Source of the DNA: Pseudomonadota bacterium
Lineage (GTDB): Bacteria > Pseudomonadota > Gammaproteobacteria > Burkholderiales > JAJZUU01
NCBI GenBank assembly: GCA_021848325.1
Contig: JAJZUU010000006.1
Location: 969-64,968, forward strand
Direction: 5' to 3'
DNA: 64,000 bases
Shown: positions 1 to 8,961 of the stretch, piece after piece
Numbering within the stretch: the stretch's first letter is position 1
How the letters are laid out: every line of letters starts with the position of its first letter
Notes under the pieces: generated by a model
Database searches by the model: none
What the model was told of the DNA's origin: nothing
What the model saw: only the letters and a program-made list of their open reading frames with translations
Made by a program: the position numbers and the translations under genes

Positions 1-141
1 GGACTCAATCAGCGGATTCCATCAGGGACAGAGGCGATAAGCTTCACACAAAGTCCGGATGTATGGCTGCAATCTTTACCTACGCTCGATATCATCGATT
101 GAAAGCTTGGCAAAAAAGTGGGCGTCCATGTATGCCGGGGG

Positions 142-163
142 ATACTTACTGCTTAACAGGTCC
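142..163. mobile_element. Terminal inverted repeat (right end) of an element extending beyond the left window edge; same family as the 45-bp palindrome
   Basis: atacttactgcttaacaggtcc matches the 22-bp palindrome arm acacttaatgcttaacaggtcc at 20/22 and is followed by TAA, like the copy at 61360-61404. Confidence 0.7.
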
Positions 164-609
164 TAACCCCCGCGCACCAACAGTACCGGCTTCGGCGAGC
201 GGCGCGCCACGTCCTCGGCCACGCTGCCCATAAGCAGGTGATCCAGTCCGCGGCGGCCGTGGGTGCCGAGGACGATTAGGTCCGCTGGCCATGCCTCTGC
301 CTCTGCCACGATCGTGCCGGCGATGCGCCGGCCCGGGGATTGTATGTCGAGCAGCTTCGTTTCGGCTTCCACTCCCGACTTGCGTGCCACCGCCTGCGCG
401 TCTTCCAGGATGGCGTTCCCCGATTGGCGCAGGGCCTGCTGAATCGCTCCCACGTCCACGAATTCCAAGTCCAGCGGGTACATGAGCGCATCAATGACAT
501 GGACGATGCGCAACTTGGCCTGCTGACTCTCGGCGAGCTTGATCGCTTCCTGCAAGGCTAGGCCGGAGGTGTCGCTGCCGTCCACCGGGACTAATATCTG
601 CTTATACAT
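163..609 (-). CDS. Universal stress protein (UspA family)
   Basis: MYKQILVPVDGS N-terminus; ADLIVLGTHGRRGLDHLLMGSVAE...PVLLV C-terminal motif; start moved to ATG at 609. Confidence 0.95.
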   Translation of the reverse strand: MYKQILVPVDGSDTSGLALQEAIKLAESQQAKLRIVHVIDALMYPLDLEFVDVGAIQQALRQSGNAILEDAQAVARKSGVEAETKLLDIQSPGRRIAGTIVAEAEAWPADLIVLGTHGRRGLDHLLMGSVAEDVARRSPKPVLLVRGG

Positions 610-676
610 GGGGCTTCGCCTCCTGCGTGTAAAGTGGGTTGCATGGCTGCCGGGGCGGCGGACCCGGTCCCGTGTT

Positions 677-1237
677 TCACCGCCGGTCCCTGGCTCCGGC
701 CGGTTGCCAAAGCACATCGCCGTGACCAAGGTGCTGGTTGATGGTGCGGCACATCACGAACAGAAGGTCGGACAGGCGGTTGAGGTAGCGGCGTACCGGT
801 GCGGCCACCTCCTCGGCACGGTGCAGGCTGACCACGCGCCGCTCGGCGCGGCGGCACACCGCGCGGGCCACGTGACACAGACCTGCCCGGCGGGAGCCGC
901 CGGGCAGGATGAACTCGCGCAAAGGGGGCAAGGGGGCGTTGAGTTGGTCCAGTACCTGCTCCAGGCGCGCCACCTGAGCCTCCCCCAAGGTGGCGCGTCC
1001 GGGCACGCTGAGTTCCGCCCCCAGGTCGAACAGTTCGTGCTGCACCCGGGTGAGGCACTGGTGCACCGCCGGCGGCAGGTCTTCGGCCAGAAGCAGGCCG
1101 AGGTGGCTGTTCAATTCGTCCACGGCGCCGATGGCCTCGATGCGCGGGCTGTCCTTGCCCGTGCGCGAGCCGTCGCCGAGGCCCGTGCTGCCGTCGTCGC
1201 CGGTGCGGGTGTAGATCTTTGAAAGGCGATGGCCCAT
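677..1237 (-). CDS. Cob(I)alamin adenosyltransferase, PduO type
   Basis: KIYTRTGDDGST, FILPGG, RAVCRRAERR and YLNRLSDLLF motifs. Confidence 0.95.
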   Translation of the reverse strand: MGHRLSKIYTRTGDDGSTGLGDGSRTGKDSPRIEAIGAVDELNSHLGLLLAEDLPPAVHQCLTRVQHELFDLGAELSVPGRATLGEAQVARLEQVLDQLNAPLPPLREFILPGGSRRAGLCHVARAVCRRAERRVVSLHRAEEVAAPVRRYLNRLSDLLFVMCRTINQHLGHGDVLWQPAGARDRR

Positions 1238-1306
1238 GGTTTTACCTGCCGTCTGTGGGGGAATATTGTATCTATTAGCACGGGGAGGGCGTGAAAGAAA
1301 GCCCCT

Positions 1307-1828
1307 TCACGCGGAAGACGGCCCTGCGCTCAGCGCAGCCAGGATGCCCTGCATGATGGCGGTGGGGCTGGGCGGGCAGCCGGGCACGGCGACATCCACC
1401 GGGATGACATGGTGGACCGGGCCCAGGCAGGCGTAGCTTTCCCCGAATATGCCGCCGTCGCAGCCGCAGTCGCCCAGCGCGACCACCAGCTTGGGGTCGG
1501 GAGTGGCCTGGTAGGTGCGCTTGAGCGCCGTCTCCATGTGCCGCGCCACCGGACCGGTCACCAGCAGGAGATCGGCGTGGCGGGGGCTGGCGACGAAGTG
1601 TATGCCCAGCCCTTCCAGGTTGTAATAGGGATTGCTCAGGGCGTGGATCTCCAGCTCGCAGCCGTTGCAGGAGCCGGCGTCCACATGGCGGATCGCCAGG
1701 GCCCGGCCGAAGTGTTTGAGGATATCCTGCTGCAGGCGCTGCGGCGCGACACGCATGCCCGGGTCCGGTGCGGGCGGCGCCTCGCTCTTGATGCCGCTGC
1801 TCAGGATCTGCCTGATCAGTTTGTACAT
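1307..1828 (-). CDS. hyfI: NuoB/HyfI-like small Fe-S subunit of an Ehr complex
   Basis: DAGSCNGCELE, ASPRHADLLLVTG, GDCG and PGCPP give all four cluster ligands; start at MYKLIRQ. Confidence 0.9.
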   Translation of the reverse strand: MYKLIRQILSSGIKSEAPPAPDPGMRVAPQRLQQDILKHFGRALAIRHVDAGSCNGCELEIHALSNPYYNLEGLGIHFVASPRHADLLLVTGPVARHMETALKRTYQATPDPKLVVALGDCGCDGGIFGESYACLGPVHHVIPVDVAVPGCPPSPTAIMQGILAALSAGPSSA

Positions 1829-1891
1829 GGGGCGAGGCTCCGGTGGGGCGCCGCGGGGCGGCGCGCAGGCCAATTCCGCTGTTTCACGGTG

Positions 1892-3433
1892 TCACAGGTC
1901 ATGTCCGCTGTAGCTCAGGTTGAACGACTTGTTGATGAGGGGGAAATCGGGGACGATGTTGCCGATCACCGCGTGCTCCAGCACCGGCCAGTTGTGCCAC
2001 GACGGGTCGTGGGGGTGGACCCGCCGCAGGGCGCCGTCCTCTCCCGTGTGCAGCGCCAGCAGCACTTCCCCGCGCCAGCCCTCCACCCAGCCGATGCCCA
2101 GGCCCGCCGGTTGCATGGGATTGAGCGGGGTGCTGGTTTCCCCTTCCGGCATCTTTCTGAGGAGGATGCGGCACAGCCGCATGGATTCCGTCAGTTCCTC
2201 GAAGCGCACCGTGACTCGGGCCGCCACGTCGCCTCCCCGGTGGGTGGCCATGCGCACCTCCAGTCCGTCGTAGGGGGCGCACGGGAACTGGGCGCGCAGG
2301 TCCCAGGACTGGCCGCTGGCACGCCCGGCCAGGCCGGCGAGCCCGAGGCGCGCAGCCAGGTCCGGCTTGACCCGGCCGGTGGTGAGGAAGCGGTCCTGTA
2401 GCCCTGCGTGGTCCTCGAATATGCGCTTGAGCCGGGGGACCTCCCGTTCCAGCTCGGTGATCTCCTCGATGATGCGGGAGAAGCCCCGGAAGTCCACGTC
2501 ATGGGCGACGCCCCCCGGCACGATGGCGTCCATCAGGTAACGGTGGCCGAACAGGGCCTGGTTGGTGCGCAGCACGTCCTCCTTGAGGCGGGAGAACTGG
2601 GCCAGGGCGAAGGCCAGCCCCGCGTCGTTGCCCAGCGCCCCCAGGTCCCCGAGGTGGTTCATGATGCGCTCGCGCTCGAGAAACAGGGCGCGCAGCCATA
2701 GGGCGCGGGGGGGCGGGGTGCTGCCGCTGACGCCTTCCGCCGCCATGGCGTAGGCCCAGGCGTAGGCCACGGTGCTGTCGCCGCTGATACGCCCGGCTAG
2801 GCGCGCGCCCTGTTCGACGGTCATGGCCTCGAACAGCTTCTCGATGCCCTTGTGCGTGTAGCCCAGGCGCTGCTCCAGCCGCAGTACCTTTTCCCCCACC
2901 ACCGAAAAGCGGAAGTGGCCCGGTTCGATGGTGCCGGCGTGCACCGGTCCCACCGGGATCTCGTGCACCCCCTCGCCCTCAACGGCGACGAAGGGATAGG
3001 TGTCCCCCTCCGGCGGGAAGGCGCGTGTGCCGTCGAACTCCTTGCTCAGGGGGAACCGGTCGGCGGGCCAGTGGCCGTGCCGCAGCCATGGCCTCCGGTC
3101 CGCGGCATGGGCGGCCTGGAAGCCCAACAGGTCGGCCACCGCGCGCTGCATGCGGCCCGCCGCGGGAAAGATGTCGCTGATATCCGGGAAGGCGGGGGCC
3201 TCCCGTTCCAGCGGCAGGCTGGCCACGGCGAGCCCCTGCTGCACGGCCACGGCCACGTGCAGGGCGAACGACGGCCCACCCCCCTGGCTGCCCCACAGGG
3301 CCACCAGCCGTCCGCCGGCGCTGCGCACGTCCTGGCACAGCGGCCGTAGCCGGCCGGGGTCGAGGGCCCCGTGCCAGACCGGGGCGGCACCGGGCAGCGC
3401 TGCGAATTCCGGTTGGAAATCCTCGATTTTCAC
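1892..3433 (-). CDS. hyfG: HyfG/HycE-like large subunit (NuoC+NuoD-like) lacking Ni-Fe ligands
   Basis: VGPVHAGTIEPGHFRF and GYTHKGIEK present; RISGDST replaces RxCGxC; ends DFPLINKSFNLSYSGHDL with no DPCxxC. Confidence 0.9.
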   Translation of the reverse strand: MKIEDFQPEFAALPGAAPVWHGALDPGRLRPLCQDVRSAGGRLVALWGSQGGGPSFALHVAVAVQQGLAVASLPLEREAPAFPDISDIFPAAGRMQRAVADLLGFQAAHAADRRPWLRHGHWPADRFPLSKEFDGTRAFPPEGDTYPFVAVEGEGVHEIPVGPVHAGTIEPGHFRFSVVGEKVLRLEQRLGYTHKGIEKLFEAMTVEQGARLAGRISGDSTVAYAWAYAMAAEGVSGSTPPPRALWLRALFLERERIMNHLGDLGALGNDAGLAFALAQFSRLKEDVLRTNQALFGHRYLMDAIVPGGVAHDVDFRGFSRIIEEITELEREVPRLKRIFEDHAGLQDRFLTTGRVKPDLAARLGLAGLAGRASGQSWDLRAQFPCAPYDGLEVRMATHRGGDVAARVTVRFEELTESMRLCRILLRKMPEGETSTPLNPMQPAGLGIGWVEGWRGEVLLALHTGEDGALRRVHPHDPSWHNWPVLEHAVIGNIVPDFPLINKSFNLSYSGHDL

Positions 3434-3450
3434 TCAGTCGTTCCCATGGG

Positions 3451-4902
3451 CTATCCGATCAGGGCGGCCGCCTGGCGGTACCAGTCGGCGAGGTAGGGCG
3501 GGATGTACAGCCCCAGCAGCAGGACCAGGGCCAGATGGGCGAATACCGGCAGCAGCGCCGGGGGGTGGGGCAGCCGCTGGGCCGTGGTCTCGCCGAATAC
3601 CATGGGCTGGACCTTGCCGAAAATGGCCGCGAATGCCACTCCCAGGGCTGCCAGCAGGAAGGGGGTGGCCCACGGGTGGCTGTGCATGGCCGTGGTCAGG
3701 ATCAGGAACTCGCTGGCGAACACGCCGAATGGCGGCATACCCAGGATGGCGAGGCTGCCCAGCATCAGCCCCCACCCCACCGTGGGGCTTTGTCGGAGGA
3801 GCCCGCGGATGTCGTCCATGATCTGGGTGCCGGTTTTCTGGGCGGCATGCCCTGCGGCGAAAAAGATCGCCGATTTGGTAAGCGAGTGCACCGTCATGTG
3901 CAGCAACCCGGCGAAGCTGGCCACCGGCCCGCCCATCCCGAAAGCGAAGGTCACCAGCCCCATATGCTCGATGGAGGAGTAGGCGAACAGGCGCTTGATG
4001 TCCTTCTGCCGGGACAGGAAAAAGGCGGCCACCACCACCGACAGCAGACCGAAGCCCATCATCAGGTTCCCGGCCAGGTGCGAGGCCAGTGCCCCGTCCA
4101 CCAGGATCTTGCTGCGTACCACGGCGTACAGCGCCACGTTGAGCAACAGCCCGGAAAGCACCGCCGACACCGGCGTTGGCCCCTCGGCGTGGGCGTCCGG
4201 CAACCAGTTGTGCAGCGGCGCCAGTCCCACCTTGGTGCCGTAGCCCACCAGCAGGAAGACGAAGGCCAGGGATAGCACGGTGGGCTCCAAGTGGGCCTTG
4301 ACCGCATTCAACTGGGTCCAGAGCAGGGCGCCGCCGCCCGCGCCCAGCACCTTTTCCGCGGCGAAATACAGCAAAATGGTGCCGAACAGCGCCTGGGCGA
4401 TGCCCACCCCGCACAGGATGAAGTATTTCCACGCCGCCTCCAGGCTGGAAGGCGTGCGATACAGGCTGACCAGCAGCACCGTGGTGAGGGTGGCGGCCTC
4501 CATGGCGACCCACAGGATGCCCATGTTGTTGGTGAGCAGGGCCAGCAGCATGGTGAAGATAAACAACTGGAACATGCTGTGATACAGCCGCATCCGGTTG
4601 GGTCCAAGCTTTCCGCGGTGCTGCTCGATGCGCATGTAGGGGCGGCTGAACAGCGCGGTGGTGAAGGCGACGAATGCCGTCAACGCCACCAGGAACACGT
4701 TGAACGAATCCACGAAGAACTGCCCCTGCACCGCCAGCAGGGGACCGTCGGCGATGACGCGGGCGGTGAGGGCGGCGGCCGCGGCGAGGGTGGCGCCGCT
4801 GGCCAGTGCGTTGAGCTCCGCCGCCCGTCGCTTATGCCCCCACAGGGCGAGCAGCAGCGCGCCCAGCAGGGGGAGGCCCAACACCGAGAGGATTTCCGTC
4901 AT
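3451..4902 (-). CDS. hyfF: Hydrogenase-4 subunit F-like antiporter-type membrane subunit
   Basis: LEAAWKYFILC, GYGTKVGLAPLHNWLPDAHAEGPTPVSA, KRLFAYSSIEHMG; start at MTEILSV. Confidence 0.92.
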   Translation of the reverse strand: MTEILSVLGLPLLGALLLALWGHKRRAAELNALASGATLAAAAALTARVIADGPLLAVQGQFFVDSFNVFLVALTAFVAFTTALFSRPYMRIEQHRGKLGPNRMRLYHSMFQLFIFTMLLALLTNNMGILWVAMEAATLTTVLLVSLYRTPSSLEAAWKYFILCGVGIAQALFGTILLYFAAEKVLGAGGGALLWTQLNAVKAHLEPTVLSLAFVFLLVGYGTKVGLAPLHNWLPDAHAEGPTPVSAVLSGLLLNVALYAVVRSKILVDGALASHLAGNLMMGFGLLSVVVAAFFLSRQKDIKRLFAYSSIEHMGLVTFAFGMGGPVASFAGLLHMTVHSLTKSAIFFAAGHAAQKTGTQIMDDIRGLLRQSPTVGWGLMLGSLAILGMPPFGVFASEFLILTTAMHSHPWATPFLLAALGVAFAAIFGKVQPMVFGETTAQRLPHPPALLPVFAHLALVLLLGLYIPPYLADWYRQAAALIG

Positions 4903-5564
4903 CAGTCCTCCCTGAGCCTTTCCATGTGCTTGAGATCCAGGCTGTCGAAGGCCTCGCGGATCTGGAAGAAGAAGATCCCCAGGATCAGGGTGCCTACCAG
5001 GATATCCAGAGCGATCCCCAGTTCCACCACCATCGGCATGCCGTAGGTGGTACTGGTGGCGGCGAAGAACAAGCCGTTTTCCATGGCCAGGAAGCCGATC
5101 ACCTGGGGTACCGCCTTGCGTCGGGTGATCATCATGAGGAACGAGAGCAGGACGCTGGCCATGGCGATGCCCAGGGTGCTGCGGGTGATGGTGCCGGCCA
5201 GTTGCGCAATGGGCAGCGCCAGATTGAAGGCGAACACCACCAGCACGATCCCTACCAGCAGGGTGACGGGGATGTTGAGCAGGGGCTCCACGTCCCATTT
5301 GACGTTCAGCTTGCGGATCAGGCGGTGCAGGATCCACGGCAGCAGCAGCACCTTGAGCAGCAGGGTGAGCGCGGCGGAAAAATAGAGGTGGTCCTGGCCG
5401 GTGGAATAGGCCACGGTGAAGGTGTTGACCGCCAGCACCAGACCCTGCCAGGCGTACAGGTTGATGAGGGACAGCACCCGGCGCTGGGACAGCATGGCGA
5501 AGGAGATCAGCAGCAACAGTGCCGCCAGCACGTTGATCAGTTGGGAGGTGAGGGGGAGCGCCAT
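4902..5564 (-). CDS. hyfE: Hydrogenase-4 subunit E-like membrane protein
   Basis: Hydrophobic 220 aa; QVIGFLAMENG and MPMVVELGIALD motifs; operon position. Confidence 0.88.
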   Translation of the reverse strand: MALPLTSQLINVLAALLLLISFAMLSQRRVLSLINLYAWQGLVLAVNTFTVAYSTGQDHLYFSAALTLLLKVLLLPWILHRLIRKLNVKWDVEPLLNIPVTLLVGIVLVVFAFNLALPIAQLAGTITRSTLGIAMASVLLSFLMMITRRKAVPQVIGFLAMENGLFFAATSTTYGMPMVVELGIALDILVGTLILGIFFFQIREAFDSLDLKHMERLRED

Positions 5565-5565
5565 G

Positions 5566-6516
5566 TCAGGTTTCCAGCAGGAAGTGGGTCAGCATGCCCA
5601 GTACCGCCAGCAGAAAGGCAGTCCCCAGGAACTCGGGGGCGCGGAAGATGCGCAGCTTGGCGGACAGGGTCTCCAGCAGGGCGAGGCCCGGCCCGGCTAC
5701 GGCCAGCTTGGCCAGCAGCGCGCCCACCGCGACCGGCAGGGCCGACCAGTCTCCGGCCTGGGCGATGCCGAAGGGGAGAAACAGGGCGATCCCGATGACG
5801 GTGTAGGTCAGCAGCTTGATGCTGCTCGCCCATTCGATCAGGGCCAGGTGTCTGGCCGAATACTCCAGTACCATGGCCTCGTGGATCATGGTGAGCTCCA
5901 GGTGGGTAGCCGGATTGTCCACCGGCAGACGCGCGTTCTCCGCCAGCAGCGCCATCAGGAAGGCGACGCTGGCGAAGGCCATGCTGGGGTACAGGGCGAA
6001 CTGTTTATGGGCCAGGGTTTCCACGATGGTGGTGAGCGCGGTGGAATGGCTGATCAGGGAGGCGGTAAAAAACACCATCAGCAGGGCCGGCTCCGCCAGG
6101 AAGGCGATCAGCATTTCGCGGCGCGCCCCCAGGCTGCCGAAGGCCGTGCCCACATCCATGGCGGCCAGGGCCATGAATACCCGGGCCAGGGCGAACACGC
6201 CCACCAGGGCGATGACATCGGCGGCGGGCGAATAGGGCAGGCTGGTGGCGAGAACCGGCACGATGCCCGCGGCGAGCCACATGCAGCCGAACAGGATGTA
6301 AGGCGTGGCGCGGAACAGGGGCGAGGCGCGATGGGCCAGCAGCGCTTCCTTGTTGAACAGCTTGGCCAGGCCCCGGTAGGGCTGAAACAGCCCGGCGCCG
6401 CGCTTGTTCTGCAGCCATGCCCGCCACTGGTTCACCCAGCCCAGCCACAGGGGCGCGACGGCCACCAGCAGCAAGGACTGGCCGAGTTGGAACAGGATGC
6501 CGGCGGTCTGGTTCAT
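5566..6516 (-). CDS. hyfC: HyfC/NuoH-like membrane subunit
   Basis: QPYRGLAKLFNKE and AENARLPVDNPATHLELTMIHEAMVLEYS motifs; start at MNQTAG. Confidence 0.9.
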   Translation of the reverse strand: MNQTAGILFQLGQSLLLVAVAPLWLGWVNQWRAWLQNKRGAGLFQPYRGLAKLFNKEALLAHRASPLFRATPYILFGCMWLAAGIVPVLATSLPYSPAADVIALVGVFALARVFMALAAMDVGTAFGSLGARREMLIAFLAEPALLMVFFTASLISHSTALTTIVETLAHKQFALYPSMAFASVAFLMALLAENARLPVDNPATHLELTMIHEAMVLEYSARHLALIEWASSIKLLTYTVIGIALFLPFGIAQAGDWSALPVAVGALLAKLAVAGPGLALLETLSAKLRIFRAPEFLGTAFLLAVLGMLTHFLLET

Positions 6517-8525
6517 TGCGTGAACAACAGGAGGAACAGCAGGGTGGCGAAACTGTACATCAGGTACAGGTGGATGCGTCCGTGGTGCAGCCTGCCGATC
6601 AGGCTGGACAGCCGCTCCGCCAACCTGGCGACCGGCAGATAAAGCCACTGCCACAGGCGGTCTCCCACCTGCACCCGGTAGACGGGCTGCCGGTCGAACG
6701 GGTCAGGTAGATGGCGTTCCATCAGGAACACCGGCTCGAATATCTGCCGGATGGGCTGTCCGAAGCCCTCCGCGGTATCCTGCATGCGTGCTGTCTGGGC
6801 CGGGTAGCCGCAGTCCCAGGGGTCGCTGCGGCGTATCTTCCCGTGGTAGAGGCGCCTGACCACCAGGAAGGTGAGCAGCACCACCGCCACGATCACCAGC
6901 AGGAAGAACAGCGGGCTGTAGCTGGCGCGCGCCGGCGCCACCGGGGTGAGGAACAGCCAGCCCGATTGGGCGGCGGTGGCACCGATGCTGCCGCCCGCCA
7001 GCAGCGCCACCGCGCTGTCCAAGTGGCGGATGACGAACACCGGGAACAGCCCCAGGGCCAGGCAGCCCAGGGCCAGCCAGCCCATTCCGGCGCGCTCCCA
7101 CAGGCCGGCGTCCTGGGCTTGGCTCAGCCTTTCCTCCCGCGGTTGGCCGAGGAAGGTGATGCCGTAGAACTTCACCATCACATAGGCGGCGAGGGCGCTG
7201 GCCAAAACCAGGGCGCCGGCCGCCACCGGGATCAGCATGTTGAGGTAGGGATGGGGCAACCCGGGGGTGAGCAGAAATGCCTGCAGCAGCAGCCATTCCG
7301 AGACGAAGCCGTTGAGGGGCGGCAGATTGGCGATGGCCAGGGTGCCCACCAGGGTGAGCATGGCGACCCAGGGCATGGGATGGATCAGGCCCCCCAGGCG
7401 CCCCAGGTTGCGCTCTCCGGTGGCGTTCAGCACCGAGCCGGTGCCCAGGAACAGCAGCCCTTTGAAAAAGGCGTGGTTCACGCTGTGGTACAGGGTGGCG
7501 GTCAGGGTGAGCGCCGCAAGTGCGGTCTCGCCGTAGCTGTGGAACAGGAGGGTCAGCCCGATGCCGGCCAGGATGATGCCGATGTTCTCGATCGAGGAAT
7601 AGGCCAGCAGGCGCTTCATGTCGGTCTGCACCGCCGCGAACATGACGCCGAACAGGGCGGTCAACAGGCCCAAGCCCAACGCAAGCGCGCCCCACCACCA
7701 GATCGGGGCGTGCAGCAGGTCGAAGGTGACCCGCAGGATGCCGTATACCGCCGTCTTCAGCATGACCCCGCTCATCAGGGCGGAAACCGGCGAGGGCGCC
7801 GCCGGATGCGCCTCGGGCAGCCAGGCGTGGAACGGCAGCACGCCCCCCTTGGCGCCGAAGCCGACCAGCGCCAGCAGGAAGGCCGCCGTGGCCCAGAACG
7901 GGGACAGATGGTTGCCGCGCATGGCGGCGAAGCTATAGTCGCCGTGGCCTCCCTGGATGACGCCGAAGCAAAGCAGGATGGCGAGCGCCCCAAGATGGGC
8001 CATGAGCAGGTAAAGGAAGCCTGCGCGCCTGATGTCCGGGATCTTGTGGTCGGTGGTGACCAGGAAATAGGAAGAGAGCGCCATGGATTCCCAGGCCACC
8101 ATGAACAGGTAGGCGTCGTCGGCCAGGAAGATCAGCCCCATGCTGGCCAGGAAGACGTGGTATTCGAGGCACAGCAGCCCCAGGGTGGGCCCGTCCATGT
8201 GCCGCAGATAGCCGGCGGCGAACAGGGATATGCCGAACGAGACGCCCCCCAGCAGGGCGAGAAAAAACGCGGACAGGGCGTCCAGGCGCAGGTGGAAAGG
8301 CAGGCCGGGCAGCCCCAGCGGCAGCACCGCCGCTTCCGCGCCTTGCCCCGCCCCCCATATGCCGACAACCAACACCATCAGGGAAATCAGTGCGCCCGCC
8401 GGGAACACGGCGCCGCTTACTAAACGCGGCATACCCTGGAGGGAAAGGCCTGCCAGCCCCAGGAGCAACCAACAGACCAAGGCGCCTATGGCCAAATCGA
8501 TGGGAAGAACGGCTGCCAAGCCCAT
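6513..8525 (-). CDS. hyfB: Hydrogenase-4 subunit B-like antiporter-type membrane subunit
   Basis: PFHAWLPEAHPAAPSPVSALMSGVMLK, KRLLAYSSIENIG, PPLNGFVSEW, PWDCGY. Confidence 0.92.
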   Translation of the reverse strand: MGLAAVLPIDLAIGALVCWLLLGLAGLSLQGMPRLVSGAVFPAGALISLMVLVVGIWGAGQGAEAAVLPLGLPGLPFHLRLDALSAFFLALLGGVSFGISLFAAGYLRHMDGPTLGLLCLEYHVFLASMGLIFLADDAYLFMVAWESMALSSYFLVTTDHKIPDIRRAGFLYLLMAHLGALAILLCFGVIQGGHGDYSFAAMRGNHLSPFWATAAFLLALVGFGAKGGVLPFHAWLPEAHPAAPSPVSALMSGVMLKTAVYGILRVTFDLLHAPIWWWGALALGLGLLTALFGVMFAAVQTDMKRLLAYSSIENIGIILAGIGLTLLFHSYGETALAALTLTATLYHSVNHAFFKGLLFLGTGSVLNATGERNLGRLGGLIHPMPWVAMLTLVGTLAIANLPPLNGFVSEWLLLQAFLLTPGLPHPYLNMLIPVAAGALVLASALAAYVMVKFYGITFLGQPREERLSQAQDAGLWERAGMGWLALGCLALGLFPVFVIRHLDSAVALLAGGSIGATAAQSGWLFLTPVAPARASYSPLFFLLVIVAVVLLTFLVVRRLYHGKIRRSDPWDCGYPAQTARMQDTAEGFGQPIRQIFEPVFLMERHLPDPFDRQPVYRVQVGDRLWQWLYLPVARLAERLSSLIGRLHHGRIHLYLMYSFATLLFLLLFTQ

Positions 8526-8718
8526 TAGTTGTTATCCAGCCCTCGGGCGGGGGAAAACGCCATTATAGCGACATCGGCGGCAGGGTGTGAAGGCGGGTGT
8601 GCCACTGGTCTCGTGTCCCGCCATGCCTGGACCTGGGATATGTTTAGCTGACGGTGCCATTTATGCCTAGAATTATAAAGGCAAGGGTATGTTGCGTAAG
8701 GAAAGGAGGCGGGCAACC

Positions 8719-8961
8719 ATGGACATGCAAGGAAGGCCTTATGGAAAACTGGCGATCTCGGGCGTCATCTCGCTATCGCTTTACCTGCTCCTGTTCTTCT
8801 ACGAGGACCAGGTCATGGCGAACTACACCCGCACGGACGGATTTTATCCTGCGCTCCCGGTGGTGACGGCGCTGGCCTTCTCGTTTGCCCACGGCAGCTT
8901 TACTGCGTATTTCTGGGAAATGCTGGGTGTCAGGGGAAGACACGAAAAGGGGACAAACTAA
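8719..8961 (+). CDS. Small two-TM membrane protein preceding a TauE/SafE gene
   Basis: Strong RBS AAGGAGG; two hydrophobic segments; FSFAHGSFTAYFW motif; abuts the next gene. Confidence 0.75.
   Translation: MDMQGRPYGKLAISGVISLSLYLLLFFYEDQVMANYTRTDGFYPALPVVTALAFSFAHGSFTAYFWEMLGVRGRHEKGTN

Noticed and set aside
1-141. Transposase fragment at the window start
   Set aside because: The short translations I checked show no DDE or HTH motif; too little sequence to call.
1892-3433. Functional [NiFe] hydrogenase or formate hydrogenlyase
   Set aside because: Both CxxC metal-binding motifs are missing and no maturation genes are present.
3451-5337. Long N-terminal extensions on hyfF, and likewise on hyfC, rnfC/D/G, the VWA gene and udg
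   Set aside because: ORF-caller artefacts running through upstream genes; the real starts overlap the previous stops.
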